From Candidatus Fimimorpha excrementavium (GTDB lineage Bacteria; Bacillota; Clostridia; Lachnospirales; Lachnospiraceae), in the NCBI GenBank assembly GCA_018710785.1, contig DVJD01000089.1:6598-70597 (forward strand): a DNA stretch of 64,000 nt, read 5' to 3'. Shown in pieces: positions 42,966-53,490 of the stretch. A model generated the notes under the pieces. It was not told where the DNA came from, made no database searches, and saw only the letters and a list, made by a program, of their open reading frames with translations. Both the position numbers and the translations under genes were made by a program. Within the stretch, counting starts at the first letter, position 1; each line of letters starts with the position of its first letter.

Positions 42966-44357
42966 CTAATAGCGATAGCGCGGCCGCTCGTCTTTTTTCC
43001 GCTCATTTTCCTTTTGCTCTCTGCGGTGCTGGATGAAAATCACCAAACCGATGACAAAGGCGATGACAAGGAGAAGGATACTGAGCGCAATCCACAGATT
43101 GATGACAAATAAGCGGTCCACGGATATGCCGGAGAAGGCCGATTCGTCGGTGTGAGATAAAAACATATTGTTGGTTACAGTCTGGGCAGAAGGGATCAGA
43201 GCAGCGCTTCCAAGCGTGTAGCCTTCCAGGCTGTAGGTGATGACGGACTGGCCGTTTTCTTCAGAAATGGTCTTGTCCAGCTGGTCAAAAGAGATCTCAT
43301 TGGGCATCACCAGGGAAGAGTCGCTGGACAGGGTGGCCAGTGAGATGGATTCCTGCGGCAGCTTCAGCGGACTGGCAGAAGATCCCTTTCCCTGTTCAAA
43401 ATCGGGATCATTTTCCGAAGCCCGCATTTTTTTGAAATTATTAAATCCATAATCCAGAAGGGATTTGGTATCCTGGTACTGGTGCGGCTCTTCTGATTTC
43501 ATGACGACGCAGATGAGAGACAGCCCGTCCCGTTCGGCGTATGTCACGAGACAGCGTCCCGCCTGTTGGGTCCAGCCGGTTTTGCCGCATATGACATCCG
43601 GATCATAGTATTCTGTATTTTCCCGCATCATTTTATGGGTGGAACCCATGGGAATCTCTTTGTTCAAAAGGGAATCCGCCGGGCGGACATAGGTGGGAGC
43701 GGAGTCGATCTCCACAAAAGTGGGGATCTGGATACAGGCCTGCATAATCAGAGCCAGATCATAGGCGCAGGTATAATGGCTGTCATCGTGGAGTCCATTG
43801 GCATTGGTGAAGTGGGTATTGACGGCGCCCAGCTCGGCTGCGCGCCCGTTCATTTTTTCAGCAAAGGCTTCGATGCTGCCGGATACCAGCTCGGCCAGTC
43901 CGTTGGCCACCTCATTGGCGGATGGAAGCAAAAGTCCGTACAGGCTGTCCCGCACGGTAAGCTGCTCACCCACCCGAAGCCCGATATGGCTGCTGCCGGG
44001 CTCCAAGCTTAAGACTGCAGTGGAGGAATAGGTGACGATTTCATCCAGACTGCAGTTTTCCAGAGTGAGGAGAGCGGTCATCAATTTTGTTGTACTGGCC
44101 GGGTAGAGCGCTTCAGTGGCGTTTTTGGCATATAAAATCGTTCCGGATTCCGGTTCGATCAGGATGCCGGATTCACTGGCAATCTCCGGCGCCTGGGGCC
44201 AGATATCACCTGGAATACCGGCAATCCGTCCGTCCACTTCCTCTTTGGAAGCGGCCAGAACCGTCCGGGGAAACAGTGCGCCGATGCACAGCATACACAG
44301 AAGGAGCGCCGTAAAAGAAGCAGTCCTTCGAAACAGCAAAACAATCATCCGTCTCAT
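42966..44357 (-). CDS. D-alanyl-D-alanine carboxypeptidase (PBP5/DacB-like, S11) with C-terminal membrane anchor
   Basis: SxxK (ASTTK), SxN (SANE) and KTG (GKTGWT) motifs. Signal peptide. C-terminal TM helix. Start moved to ATG 44357 after GGAGGG. Confidence 0.85.
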   Translation of the reverse strand: MRRMIVLLFRRTASFTALLLCMLCIGALFPRTVLAASKEEVDGRIAGIPGDIWPQAPEIASESGILIEPESGTILYAKNATEALYPASTTKLMTALLTLENCSLDEIVTYSSTAVLSLEPGSSHIGLRVGEQLTVRDSLYGLLLPSANEVANGLAELVSGSIEAFAEKMNGRAAELGAVNTHFTNANGLHDDSHYTCAYDLALIMQACIQIPTFVEIDSAPTYVRPADSLLNKEIPMGSTHKMMRENTEYYDPDVICGKTGWTQQAGRCLVTYAERDGLSLICVVMKSEEPHQYQDTKSLLDYGFNNFKKMRASENDPDFEQGKGSSASPLKLPQESISLATLSSDSSLVMPNEISFDQLDKTISEENGQSVITYSLEGYTLGSAALIPSAQTVTNNMFLSHTDESAFSGISVDRLFVINLWIALSILLLVIAFVIGLVIFIQHRREQKENERKKDERPRYRY

Positions 44358-44482
44358 GGAAACCCTCCAAATATAAAATGAATGCCCATATGCCGCGTAC
44401 GGATCGGACATATGGCAGGTTTTCGTGTCATAATGGAAAGAACAAGACTATCATACCATATCCCATATTTGATGTATAGACC

Positions 44483-44511
44483 AAAAAAAGAGGATGCGGC
44501 AAAAGCCGCAC
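44483..44511 (-). terminator. Terminator of the V-ATPase operon
   Basis: On the minus strand, GTGCGGC-TTTT-GCCGCAT followed by CCTCTTTTTTT. Confidence 0.75.
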
Positions 44512-44515
44512 CCTT

Positions 44516-45133
44516 TTATCCAATCCGCTCTTTGATTACTTTCAGTCTTGTAAACTCTTCACGATCCTTTTCCTCCAGCGCATTGGTAATGGATTTTACC
44601 AATACTTCGTAGGTGGGGATTGTGATATTCTTCAGCGCATTGGCACGCTTCTGTGTCTTTTTGATATTGGCAGCCAGGCGGTAGGCACTGGTCTCCACGG
44701 TGGAAAGCTGGACGGTCAGGTCCTTTACACGTTCAAAACGCTGTCTTGCCACATCCAAAGATTCCTTTGTGCCATAGAAGGCATAGGCCGGTTTGCTGCT
44801 CGCCTGCGGCGTATATCCCACCAATGGAATTTCGGTTCCCATGATGCTTCTGGTTTTTATGGTGATGCTTTCCTCTGGTGCGACGGAAGAGGCGATATCC
44901 TGCACGGTACTGATTCCCAGCTGGATGTTTGCCTGCTGAAGGGCCGCGTAAGCGGCCGTGTAGGTGGAATCAATTTCCGACTGAATGGAAGAAGCCTTGT
45001 CGATCAGCTCCATCAGTTCCCGGATGAGGATGTTTCGCTTTTTATCCATCAGCTCGTATCCCTGCTTTGCCAGAGCCAGGGAATTTTTGGCCAATATCAG
45101 ATTTCCTTTGGTGGGAAATGTATTCAGATTCAT
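44516..45133 (-). CDS. ntpD: V-type ATP synthase subunit D
   Basis: 205-aa coiled-coil protein, PTKGNLILAKNSLALAKQGYELMDKKRNIL. Last gene of the operon. Confidence 0.9.
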   Translation of the reverse strand: MNLNTFPTKGNLILAKNSLALAKQGYELMDKKRNILIRELMELIDKASSIQSEIDSTYTAAYAALQQANIQLGISTVQDIASSVAPEESITIKTRSIMGTEIPLVGYTPQASSKPAYAFYGTKESLDVARQRFERVKDLTVQLSTVETSAYRLAANIKKTQKRANALKNITIPTYEVLVKSITNALEEKDREEFTRLKVIKERIG

Positions 45134-45147
45134 GGCTTCACGCTCCC

Positions 45148-46542
45148 TTAGCTTTCCGTTGGTGGTGCATCATAATACTGATCCAGAATCTTGGTATCAA
45201 TACGGTCCAGTTCCTCTCTGGGCAGCATACGAAGCAGCTCCCACCCAATGTTTAATGTGTCGATGATGGTACGGTTTTCGTTTTCGCCCTGTCCGACAAA
45301 ACGGGACTCAAAGGCTTTTCCGAATTCCAGGTATTTTTTATCCGTGCTGGACAGTTCGTCCTCACCGATGACAGATGCCAGATTTCTGGCGTCGCCTACC
45401 TTGGCGTAGGCGGAGAACAGCTGGTTGGCCACAGCCTGATGGTCTGCTCTTGTGTAGCCCTCGCCGATACCGTCCTTCATCAAACGGGACAGGGACGGGA
45501 GGACGCTGATGGGCGGATAGATATTCTGTCCATAGAGCTGACGGTCCAGTACGATCTGTCCCTCTGTGATATAACCGGTCAGGTCAGGGATCGGGTGGGT
45601 GATATCGTCGTTTGGCATGGTCAGGATCGGAATCTGTGTCACAGAGCCGGGACGGCCGCTTACGATACCGGCTCGCTCATAGATGGTAGCCAGCTCACTG
45701 TAGAGATAACCCGGATATCCTTTACGGGATGGGATTTCGCCCTTGGAGGAAGAAACCTCACGCATGGCTTCCGCAAAGGATGTCATATCGGTCAGGATAA
45801 CCAGGATATGCATGCCCTTTTCAAATGCCAGATATTCGGCTACAGTCAGCGCCAGCTTTGGTGTGATCAGACGTTCCACCACCGGGTCATTGGCCAGATT
45901 CAAATACATGGCCACATGGTCGCTTACGCCGCTCTCCTCAAAAGTACGGCGGAAGAATTCAGCCACATCGTACTTTACACCCATGGCGGCGAATACGATG
46001 GCGAACTGCTCGTCTTCGGCATTGTCCCCAAGGGATGCCTGCTTAACGATCTGAGCAGCCAGCTGGTCATGGGGGAGACCGTTTCCGGAGAAGATCGGCA
46101 GCTTCTGACCGCGGATCAGGGTGGTCAGACCGTCGATGGCGGAGATACCGGTACGGATATAGTTTCTCGGATACTCACGGGATACGGGATTCAGCGGCTG
46201 GCCGTTGACATCCCGCTTCAGCTCGGCTTTGATGGGACCGAGGCCGTCGGTCGGCTCTCCGATTCCGTTGAAAGTACGGCCCAGAACATCCGGGGAGAGA
46301 GCGACCTCCATGGGATGTCCGGTCAGTTTGGTATGTGTATTGGTCAGAGAAAGATTTTCAGACCCTTCAAAAACCTGAATGACAGCCTTATCGGCATAAC
46401 ATTCCACGATACGGCCCAGCTTTTTCTCTTTTCCGTTATCTGCTGTGATTTCTACAATCTCATCATAGGCAGCATTCTCGACTCCCTCCAATGCGATCAG
46501 GGAGCCGTTAATCTGGCTTAAGCCTAAATATTCAATTGCCAT
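45148..46542 (-). CDS. ntpB: V-type ATP synthase subunit B
   Basis: 464 aa. Non-catalytic-subunit pattern ...IFSGNGLPH...[16 protein letters not shown]. Confidence 0.95.
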   Translation of the reverse strand: MAIEYLGLSQINGSLIALEGVENAAYDEIVEITADNGKEKKLGRIVECYADKAVIQVFEGSENLSLTNTHTKLTGHPMEVALSPDVLGRTFNGIGEPTDGLGPIKAELKRDVNGQPLNPVSREYPRNYIRTGISAIDGLTTLIRGQKLPIFSGNGLPHDQLAAQIVKQASLGDNAEDEQFAIVFAAMGVKYDVAEFFRRTFEESGVSDHVAMYLNLANDPVVERLITPKLALTVAEYLAFEKGMHILVILTDMTSFAEAMREVSSSKGEIPSRKGYPGYLYSELATIYERAGIVSGRPGSVTQIPILTMPNDDITHPIPDLTGYITEGQIVLDRQLYGQNIYPPISVLPSLSRLMKDGIGEGYTRADHQAVANQLFSAYAKVGDARNLASVIGEDELSSTDKKYLEFGKAFESRFVGQGENENRTIIDTLNIGWELLRMLPREELDRIDTKILDQYYDAPPTES

Positions 46543-46589
46543 AATTTCCTCTCAATCTGCCGCTCTGGGCGGCTTTCTATTATTCTCCC

Positions 46590-48362
46590 TTATGCGTTGG
46601 TATCGATGACGTTCTGGTAGAAGTCATCGATGGCTTTAAGATAGTCCTCAAACAGTTCCGGTTTATCATTTGGCACATCGTATTTGATATTTACGATGCG
46701 GTCAAAAATGTCGCTTCGCTTCAGTACGCTCATCGGCATGCCCATGGTGACCAGTGCTTTGGATTTATCGTAGAGGTAGAGGATGGTTTCCATCATTTTC
46801 AGCTGCTTTTCAAGGGGAACGCAGGTATCGTCCGCGTGGAACGCATTCTGCTGTAAGAATCCCAGGCGGATGACTCTGGAAATCTCCAGAACCAGCTTCT
46901 GATCGTCAGGAAGTACATCGGAACCGATCAGTTTTACGATTTCCATGAGAGAACTTTCCTGATTCAGCAGGGAGACCAGCTGATTCCGGCAGTCGATAAA
47001 ATCTTTTCCCACATGTTCCGTATACCAGGGCGCCAGATCCGGAATATATTCACTGTATGACGTCAGCCAGTTGATGGCCGGGAAATGTCTGGCGTAGGCA
47101 AGGGACTTGTCCAGCCCCCAGAAGCAGCGGACGAAACGCTTGGTGTTCTGGGTGACAGGTTCCGAGAAATCACCGCCCTGGGGAGAAACGGCGCCGATGA
47201 TGGATACGCTTCCTTCCGTTCCGTTTAAGTTCTGAACCATACCGGAACGCTCGTAGAATGCGGACAGCTTGGAAGCCAGATATGCCGGGAAACCTTCCTC
47301 GGCAGGCATTTCCTCCAGACGTCCGGACAATTCTCGAAGGGCTTCAGCCCAGCGGGACGTGGAGTCGGCCATGATAGCTACATGATAGCCCATATCACGG
47401 TAATACTCAGCCAGTGTGATACCGGTATAGATGGAAGCCTCACGGGCAGCCACCGGCATGTTGGAGGTATTGGCGATCAGCGTGGTACGGGCCATCAGCT
47501 GATTGCCTGTCTTGGGATCCGCCAGTTTGGAGAAATCCTCCAATACCTCGGTCATCTCATTTCCACGTTCTCCGCAGCCGATGTAGACGATGATATCGGC
47601 GTCGGACCATTTGGCGATCTGATGCTGGTTCATGGTCTTTCCGGTACCGAATCCTCCCGGGATCGCTGCCGTACCGCCCTTTGCGATGGGGAACAAAGTG
47701 TCCATAATACGCTGACCGGTTACCAAAGGCATGGAAGCCGGATACCGTTTGCCGTAAGGACGGGGAACACGAATCGGCCATTTCTGCACCATGGTCAGAT
47801 CAATTTCTTCGCCGCTGTCCAGCTGAAGCTTTACCAGGGACTCGTTGATGGTATATTCGCCGTCATCAGCCACTTTCAGCACATAGCCATCTATATTTGG
47901 GGGAACCATGACCTTGTGAACGATGGAAGGCGTTTCCGGTACTTCAGCTATAATGGTGCCGCCGAAGATATGCTGCCCTTCTTTTACGGTCATATGGGTT
48001 TTCCATTTCTTCTCGGTGTCCAGGGAATCCACGCTGACACCGCGGCTGATATAGGCACCACTTTTTTTGGCGATCTCGTGAAGCGGACGCTCGATACCGT
48101 CAAAAATGTTGTCCAGAATTCCAGGAGCCAGTGTCACGGAGATGGCAGCGCCTGTGGAGATGACTTCCTCTCCCGGCTTCAGACCGGAAGTCTCTTCGTA
48201 TACCTGGATGGTAGTCCGTTTGTCGTCCAGACGGATGACTTCTCCGACCAGTCTTTGTTTTCCGACATAAACCATCTCACCCATACGGAAGGAAGTCTTG
48301 CCCTCGATGTAGATGACGGGGCCGTTGATTCCGTAGATGATGCCTGTAGTTTCATTATTCAT
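46590..48362 (-). CDS. ntpA: V-type ATP synthase catalytic subunit A
   Basis: Walker A GGFGTGKT, ...GERGNEM..., PGEEGFPAYL. Start moved to ATG 48362 after GGAGGTAA. Confidence 0.95.
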   Translation of the reverse strand: MNNETTGIIYGINGPVIYIEGKTSFRMGEMVYVGKQRLVGEVIRLDDKRTTIQVYEETSGLKPGEEVISTGAAISVTLAPGILDNIFDGIERPLHEIAKKSGAYISRGVSVDSLDTEKKWKTHMTVKEGQHIFGGTIIAEVPETPSIVHKVMVPPNIDGYVLKVADDGEYTINESLVKLQLDSGEEIDLTMVQKWPIRVPRPYGKRYPASMPLVTGQRIMDTLFPIAKGGTAAIPGGFGTGKTMNQHQIAKWSDADIIVYIGCGERGNEMTEVLEDFSKLADPKTGNQLMARTTLIANTSNMPVAAREASIYTGITLAEYYRDMGYHVAIMADSTSRWAEALRELSGRLEEMPAEEGFPAYLASKLSAFYERSGMVQNLNGTEGSVSIIGAVSPQGGDFSEPVTQNTKRFVRCFWGLDKSLAYARHFPAINWLTSYSEYIPDLAPWYTEHVGKDFIDCRNQLVSLLNQESSLMEIVKLIGSDVLPDDQKLVLEISRVIRLGFLQQNAFHADDTCVPLEKQLKMMETILYLYDKSKALVTMGMPMSVLKRSDIFDRIVNIKYDVPNDKPELFEDYLKAIDDFYQNVIDTNA

Positions 48363-48942
48363 TTGGATTACCTCCGTCAAATCTGAAATTTTCTTTTGCT
48401 TCTGCCAGCTTCGTCTGGAAGGAATTGTCAATCAGAATATTTTTAGATGGAATCACGGCACGGGTGCCGCCGCCAAACGAGTACTGACTAACGGTCAGAT
48501 GGCTGTGGGTGGCCTCTTCCAGAGCGCGCCGTATACTGATATCGGCCGGGTCAATGTAGATGATGATTTCATCGTCTCCGGCAAAGGCCTTTGCATCCAG
48601 GATCTGTTTTTTGAGCAGACGGTTGTAAGCAGAGGTATCCATGTAGTTTTCCAGCATATCCTGCACTTCTACAAATAATTTTTCTGTCAGTTCGGTATTT
48701 TTTTGATTTAAGGCGCGTTTGATGTGAAGGTGTTCCCTCGCCAGCTTCTGGTTGCCCTCACGGCGGATTTTATCCGTCTCATTTTTGATTTCAAGGCGAG
48801 CTTTACGCAGAACATCTTCTTTATGGCCTTCAAAAATTTTATCTAAAGCTTCCTGATAATCCGCGATTATCTGATGGCTGTGCGCCCTGGATTCTTCCAT
48901 GGAAGCCTCCAGAAAATGCTGTAATTTTTCATCTGTTGTCAT
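48355..48942 (-). CDS. ntpE: V-type ATP synthase subunit E
   Basis: 195-aa coiled-coil plus globular C-terminus, in the operon position before A. Start moved to ATG 48942. Confidence 0.8.
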   Translation of the reverse strand: MTTDEKLQHFLEASMEESRAHSHQIIADYQEALDKIFEGHKEDVLRKARLEIKNETDKIRREGNQKLAREHLHIKRALNQKNTELTEKLFVEVQDMLENYMDTSAYNRLLKKQILDAKAFAGDDEIIIYIDPADISIRRALEEATHSHLTVSQYSFGGGTRAVIPSKNILIDNSFQTKLAEAKENFRFDGGNPNE

Positions 48943-49069
48943 GACGTCACCTTCTTTTTCCTTCATTTTTCTTTCTTTTCTTTTTCCATCCGTATCTTGA
49001 GCGTCTGTACTGCTCAAAATGGCACAGCGGCTTCGCTGGTTTTTATTCGGCTTGGAATCTGTTGGCACA

Positions 49070-49378
49070 TTACAGCTTCAGCCCGATGGCCTCATTTACG
49101 TAAGAAGTAATAAAATCCGGCTTGCGGCCAGTACCGTGCCGGTCGGGCACCTCGATGATGATCGGTACCTTGGTGGCCATTTTGAGCGGGGTTACGACTT
49201 CTGGAAAATCCCTTCCAAATTTTTCTGTCAGTAATAGAACGCCAATGGATGGATCGGCGATGGCCCGTTCCATGGCTTCTTTTAATTCTTGCTTTTCATG
49301 GACAACACAACCCTCGATACCTACCAGGCGCATGCCTGTATAGGTATCGATATTGTCACTGATTAAATACATTTTCAT
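49070..49378 (-). CDS. V-type ATP synthase subunit F
   Basis: 102 aa, MKMYLISDNIDTYTGMRLVGIEG...IGVLLLTEKF...PIIIEVPD. Confidence 0.85.
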   Translation of the reverse strand: MKMYLISDNIDTYTGMRLVGIEGCVVHEKQELKEAMERAIADPSIGVLLLTEKFGRDFPEVVTPLKMATKVPIIIEVPDRHGTGRKPDFITSYVNEAIGLKL

Positions 49379-49411
49379 AGGGATTGCCCCTTTCTAGGTT
49401 TGACGTTGGGA

Positions 49412-49846
49412 TTATAACTGACCTAAGATCATGAAGGAGATGATCAGTCCGTACAGAGCGACACCTTCTGCCAGACCAACAAAGATTAAAGACTTACCAA
49501 GTACACTGGAATCCTCGCTGATGGCCCCCAAAGCTGCGGAAGCGGCGCTTGCTACGGCGATACCACCGCCGATACAGGAAAGACCGGTTACAAGAGCAGC
49601 AGCCAGATAACCAAGACCAGTGGAAAGATCGCCGGAAGCGGCAACTTCTGTGGCAGCCTGTACATCATTTCCGCCGAACATCATGACAGCGGCTACAACC
49701 ATGGTTCCAAAAAAGAAGAAAGCATTTGCTGCAATCGTAGTCTTATAACGCCCCTTTTTCTTTTCGCCGAGCAGATAGTAGCCAAATGGAATGACGATAC
49801 TTAATACCAGGGCAATGATTAAAGTGATTTTTACTGTTAATGACAT
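49412..49846 (-). CDS. ntpK: V-type ATP synthase proteolipid subunit K (c)
   Basis: C-terminal hairpin GLSCIGGGIAVASAASAALGA...FVGLAEGVALYGLI with the conserved Glu. The N-terminal half is two non-c-like TM helices. Confidence 0.8.
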   Translation of the reverse strand: MSLTVKITLIIALVLSIVIPFGYYLLGEKKKGRYKTTIAANAFFFFGTMVVAAVMMFGGNDVQAATEVAASGDLSTGLGYLAAALVTGLSCIGGGIAVASAASAALGAISEDSSVLGKSLIFVGLAEGVALYGLIISFMILGQL

Positions 49847-49922
49847 GACTTTTATCCTCCTTAAAGTTGAGTAAATGGTTTTGTCTATCTAAAATACCGC
49901 ATCTGCAGTATTCAGACCGTAA

Positions 49923-51848
49923 TTATTTTTGATGAACATAAGGCTTGAATGGACGACCGTCTCCTTTGTAGAAACGACTGAACATTTCGTAGTATTCCAG
50001 ACGAAGTACCTGGATTCCCACGATCAGACCTTCCATACCGCATACGAACGCATTGCCGAGAACGATGATGATCCAATTCGGATCAGCCCCGTTTTCAGCT
50101 CCAGCCAGCATCAGAACCACTTCCATCATAGCGGCATGACTGACAGCAAAGGCACCGATACGGACAAAGGAAAGGGTGTTGGAAAAATAACTTAACAACA
50201 CTTCAAACAGTTCAAAGAACGCCTGAACAACCGTCATCACAGGTCCGGTGGGTTCACTGCTTTTCTTTTTCAGCAGAGCGTTGGTGATCGGTTCTTTAAA
50301 GCCGATCAGGATAAGCGGGATGATAAACATGACTGCCAGGACGATTCCTGCCGGAAGCGGATTTCCTGTCATGGCCAGGACGATTACCAGGATGGCGGCG
50401 GCGTAGAATACAAGGCCTGCCACACCGTTGGTATCAAACCAGGTTCCCTCGAAATCCTTTTGGCGGACTGCATTGATGATGTGAAGAACCATTGTTATGA
50501 CGATGATAAGCATACCAAATGCAATCGCAAAGATAAACACAGTATTTAACTTTCCAAGAAACGGAAGTTCCGTCATTTGAGAAACCGGACGCATCCAAAT
50601 GGCGGGAAGCACATCTTCGAATCCGAAGAAACTGCCGAACATAAATCCGAAAAAGGTGGAAAAGATACCGGCATAGCCGATGATGGCGGCCAGTCGGATC
50701 TTTTTAAAGCGGTACAGCAGGAATCCTCCGATCAGGAGGCAGAGTCCCTGTCCCGCATCGCCGAACATCCATCCGAAGATGAACGCGTAGGTGAGGGCCA
50801 CAAAAATGGTGGGGTCAAACTCATGGTAGTTGGGAAGACCGTACATCTCCACAAACATTTCAAAGGGTTTGAATAGTTTCGGATTTTTCAATTTTGTAGG
50901 AGGTTTGGAAAGGATGTTCTGCTGATCATCTTCAATGATGCAGTACAGATTTTCATCATGTTCCACCTCTTTTGCAAAAGCTTTGGCGTCTTTCTGCGTC
51001 ATCCATCCGCATAAAATGTAAAAGGTGGCGTGATTTTCCGTGCAGGCGGCCAACTTTCGGATATCAAAGTTGGTGGACTGACTCTGCAGCTTAATATAGG
51101 AAGAGTAGATCTTCTGCTTATTTTGACGCAGATAATCTTCCTTTTTCCTGTCGCGTTCCTGCAGCTGACGATCCAGGTCGGCCAGCTGAGCATTCAGCTT
51201 GGCGATGGCAGCGCTGGGAGTGCCTTTGTACTCATCCGGCAGATAGATACGCTCAAAATGCATGGATTTGTAAATGGCGTCAATCTTATCTGCCTGTCGG
51301 GCCGGAAGGAAGCAGACGCCCCATACATAGTTTTCATCGGTGTGGCACTTATAAAATAAAGTATCCACATTGTCATACACATACCGTTCAAATTTGCCGA
51401 TATACTCCTTAGCAATGCGGCCGAACCGGAATTTGATGGATTTAAAGTGAAGAATTTTATCCACATCGAAATCCAGTCCCTCGAAGGGGAGAATCTTATC
51501 CAGGGAAACCTGGAGTTTGCTTCGCTCGGCGTCGGTATTGATGTAGGCATCGTCGATTTTCTGAATCTCTGCCACTGCGTTTGCGATGGTTTGAAGGGCT
51601 TCTTCGACGCCGATGGAAGGATCGGCGGTTAGATCGGAAGTATCCAATTTTCGGATCAGATCTTCTGCCTTGGTGCAGGAATCCTTGTAAGGATTTATGG
51701 CAATGAATGGGGTTAAATCAGCTACGGTCGAAAGTTCTGCCAGAGCATTTTCCAGCTGAATTTCATAGTGGGATAAATACTCATTAATAACGCGGTCAAT
51801 ATCATTTTTCGGACCGGTGATGCTTATAAATTGCATTTTCTCTATCAA
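49923..51848 (-). CDS. ntpI: V-type ATP synthase subunit I (a)
   Basis: 641 aa: soluble coiled-coil N-terminal half plus polytopic C-terminal half with ...SFVRIGAFAVSHA.... TTG start 7 nt after GGAGGTG. Confidence 0.9.
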   Translation of the reverse strand: MIEKMQFISITGPKNDIDRVINEYLSHYEIQLENALAELSTVADLTPFIAINPYKDSCTKAEDLIRKLDTSDLTADPSIGVEEALQTIANAVAEIQKIDDAYINTDAERSKLQVSLDKILPFEGLDFDVDKILHFKSIKFRFGRIAKEYIGKFERYVYDNVDTLFYKCHTDENYVWGVCFLPARQADKIDAIYKSMHFERIYLPDEYKGTPSAAIAKLNAQLADLDRQLQERDRKKEDYLRQNKQKIYSSYIKLQSQSTNFDIRKLAACTENHATFYILCGWMTQKDAKAFAKEVEHDENLYCIIEDDQQNILSKPPTKLKNPKLFKPFEMFVEMYGLPNYHEFDPTIFVALTYAFIFGWMFGDAGQGLCLLIGGFLLYRFKKIRLAAIIGYAGIFSTFFGFMFGSFFGFEDVLPAIWMRPVSQMTELPFLGKLNTVFIFAIAFGMLIIVITMVLHIINAVRQKDFEGTWFDTNGVAGLVFYAAAILVIVLAMTGNPLPAGIVLAVMFIIPLILIGFKEPITNALLKKKSSEPTGPVMTVVQAFFELFEVLLSYFSNTLSFVRIGAFAVSHAAMMEVVLMLAGAENGADPNWIIIVLGNAFVCGMEGLIVGIQVLRLEYYEMFSRFYKGDGRPFKPYVHQK

Positions 51849-51864
51849 CTTAATACACCTCCGT

Positions 51865-52914
51865 TTACGTATTTAATGCATATTTTGCGATCTCTCCCGG
51901 GGGCAGCTGATAGCGGATTCCTTCGATAATCGTTGTAATTCTCTGAATCTCTTCTTCCTTGAAGTAAAGGTAAGAATTGATGCAGGCGATGGAATAAGGA
52001 TTCCGTCGGTTTGCCAGGCTGAAAATATTTTTCAGAATCGTCGTATAAAGGGTTTCAATGGAAAGGATATCACCATCTGTTTCCTTGCGATAAGCCGCAG
52101 CGTAAGGCGTTTTGGACAGGATGGCGGTAAACTCATCCAAGGACCCGCATTCTACCAGAGATTTAATAACGGCCGGGCGGATCTTATAGTTACATGGAAT
52201 TAACAGAGAGTAGATATACACAGGAGCCATATCATAGTATTTCTTTGCACGGTAGATCCACTGTACATTTAAGAGATCCAGACGCGGTCCGTATACCTCT
52301 GTCAGTACCTTCCGGTCTTTGGCCTTCAGTACTTTGTCTTTGGTTTTCCAGATATAGGAAAAATAATACAGATCCAATGCCATCTCGTAATCAAAGAGGG
52401 AAGGATCTGAAGTCTGCTTCAAGCGGCTGAGCGGCCCATAGTAGCGGGAGCCGTGAAGTGCATGGATGAACTCATCAATGGACATACAGCTGCCCAGGCG
52501 TATGATATCCACATCGGAATGCTTTTCAAAGAAATCCCGAAACATGGATAAGTCCAGTGCGCTTTCTGATTTGGCGTATGCGCTTCGCAGACATTTTTTC
52601 AGGATTGCGATCTCGTAATGCATGAAATAAAAGTCCATGAATTTTCTTTGCTTCATGTCAGCAAAACGATAGATCTTGGTAAAATCTTCATATAAGGCAT
52701 TTGTCAGGAGGGATTCGATCTCTCCACGGTGTGCTTTGCTTTCCTCCAGCCCATCAAATACATGTGCATAAGCCGGTTGATGCTTCAGCCAGGAAAGAGC
52801 GTCGGAAACATGTTCCAGAGAAACCAGTGCCTCATATCCAGAAGGTTTGATTAGTTTGCTCTGCATGGCGCGTACCTTAGTGGTGATCCCACTGTATTTC
52901 AATAAACTAGGCAT
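51865..52914 (-). CDS. ntpC: V-type ATP synthase subunit C (d-type)
   Basis: 349-aa helical protein in the operon position before I. RBS GGGAG. Confidence 0.8.
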   Translation of the reverse strand: MPSLLKYSGITTKVRAMQSKLIKPSGYEALVSLEHVSDALSWLKHQPAYAHVFDGLEESKAHRGEIESLLTNALYEDFTKIYRFADMKQRKFMDFYFMHYEIAILKKCLRSAYAKSESALDLSMFRDFFEKHSDVDIIRLGSCMSIDEFIHALHGSRYYGPLSRLKQTSDPSLFDYEMALDLYYFSYIWKTKDKVLKAKDRKVLTEVYGPRLDLLNVQWIYRAKKYYDMAPVYIYSLLIPCNYKIRPAVIKSLVECGSLDEFTAILSKTPYAAAYRKETDGDILSIETLYTTILKNIFSLANRRNPYSIACINSYLYFKEEEIQRITTIIEGIRYQLPPGEIAKYALNT

Positions 52915-52945
52915 GTTGAAACTCCCTTCTGCCGTATAAGGCAGG

Positions 52946-53257
52946 TTATTCCTGAATCAGAGACTGCAGAATTTGTTTTGCCAGCTGCGAATGATTCTTC
53001 TTATAATCGTCCTCTATGGCAGCCAGCAGACGTTCTGTTTCAGAATGCTGTGCGTCCAGTTCTTTCTGGATTTGTTCCATAAGTTCTTCTTTTTTTTGGG
53101 CGATGGTCTCAGCGGTCTCTTCCTGGGTCTTCTGGTCGAAGGCTGCTGTCTTTTCTTCCATTTCTTTTGCCATCTGTTTTTTTCGCTCATCTGCTTTCTG
53201 CATGATGGCATCTGCGGCAGTCTCGATCTCATAGAGCCGTTTTAAGACTTGTTCCAT
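52946..53257 (-). CDS. Small coiled-coil protein, probable V-ATPase peripheral-stalk subunit (G/H-like)
   Basis: 103 aa, charged heptad-like sequence. Strong RBS AAGGAGGTG. First gene of the operon. Confidence 0.55.
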   Translation of the reverse strand: MEQVLKRLYEIETAADAIMQKADERKKQMAKEMEEKTAAFDQKTQEETAETIAQKKEELMEQIQKELDAQHSETERLLAAIEDDYKKNHSQLAKQILQSLIQE

Positions 53258-53490
53258 ACATAAAGCACCTCCTTAACTTAAGAATAGTTTTCTGACAACC
53301 CAATCATACATCTAATTGCATCAAATGTCACTGTTTTTTTTGTTTGGAGAACAAATAAGGCAGCAGCTGGGCCACGATGAGCTCGCAGCGCGGTTTTATG
53401 AATGGCGCGGGCTGAATGGCTGTTCGTGACCTGTCATCGTTATATAATATACTTGATTTTTTATTATATCAAATATATAATATGGTATAT

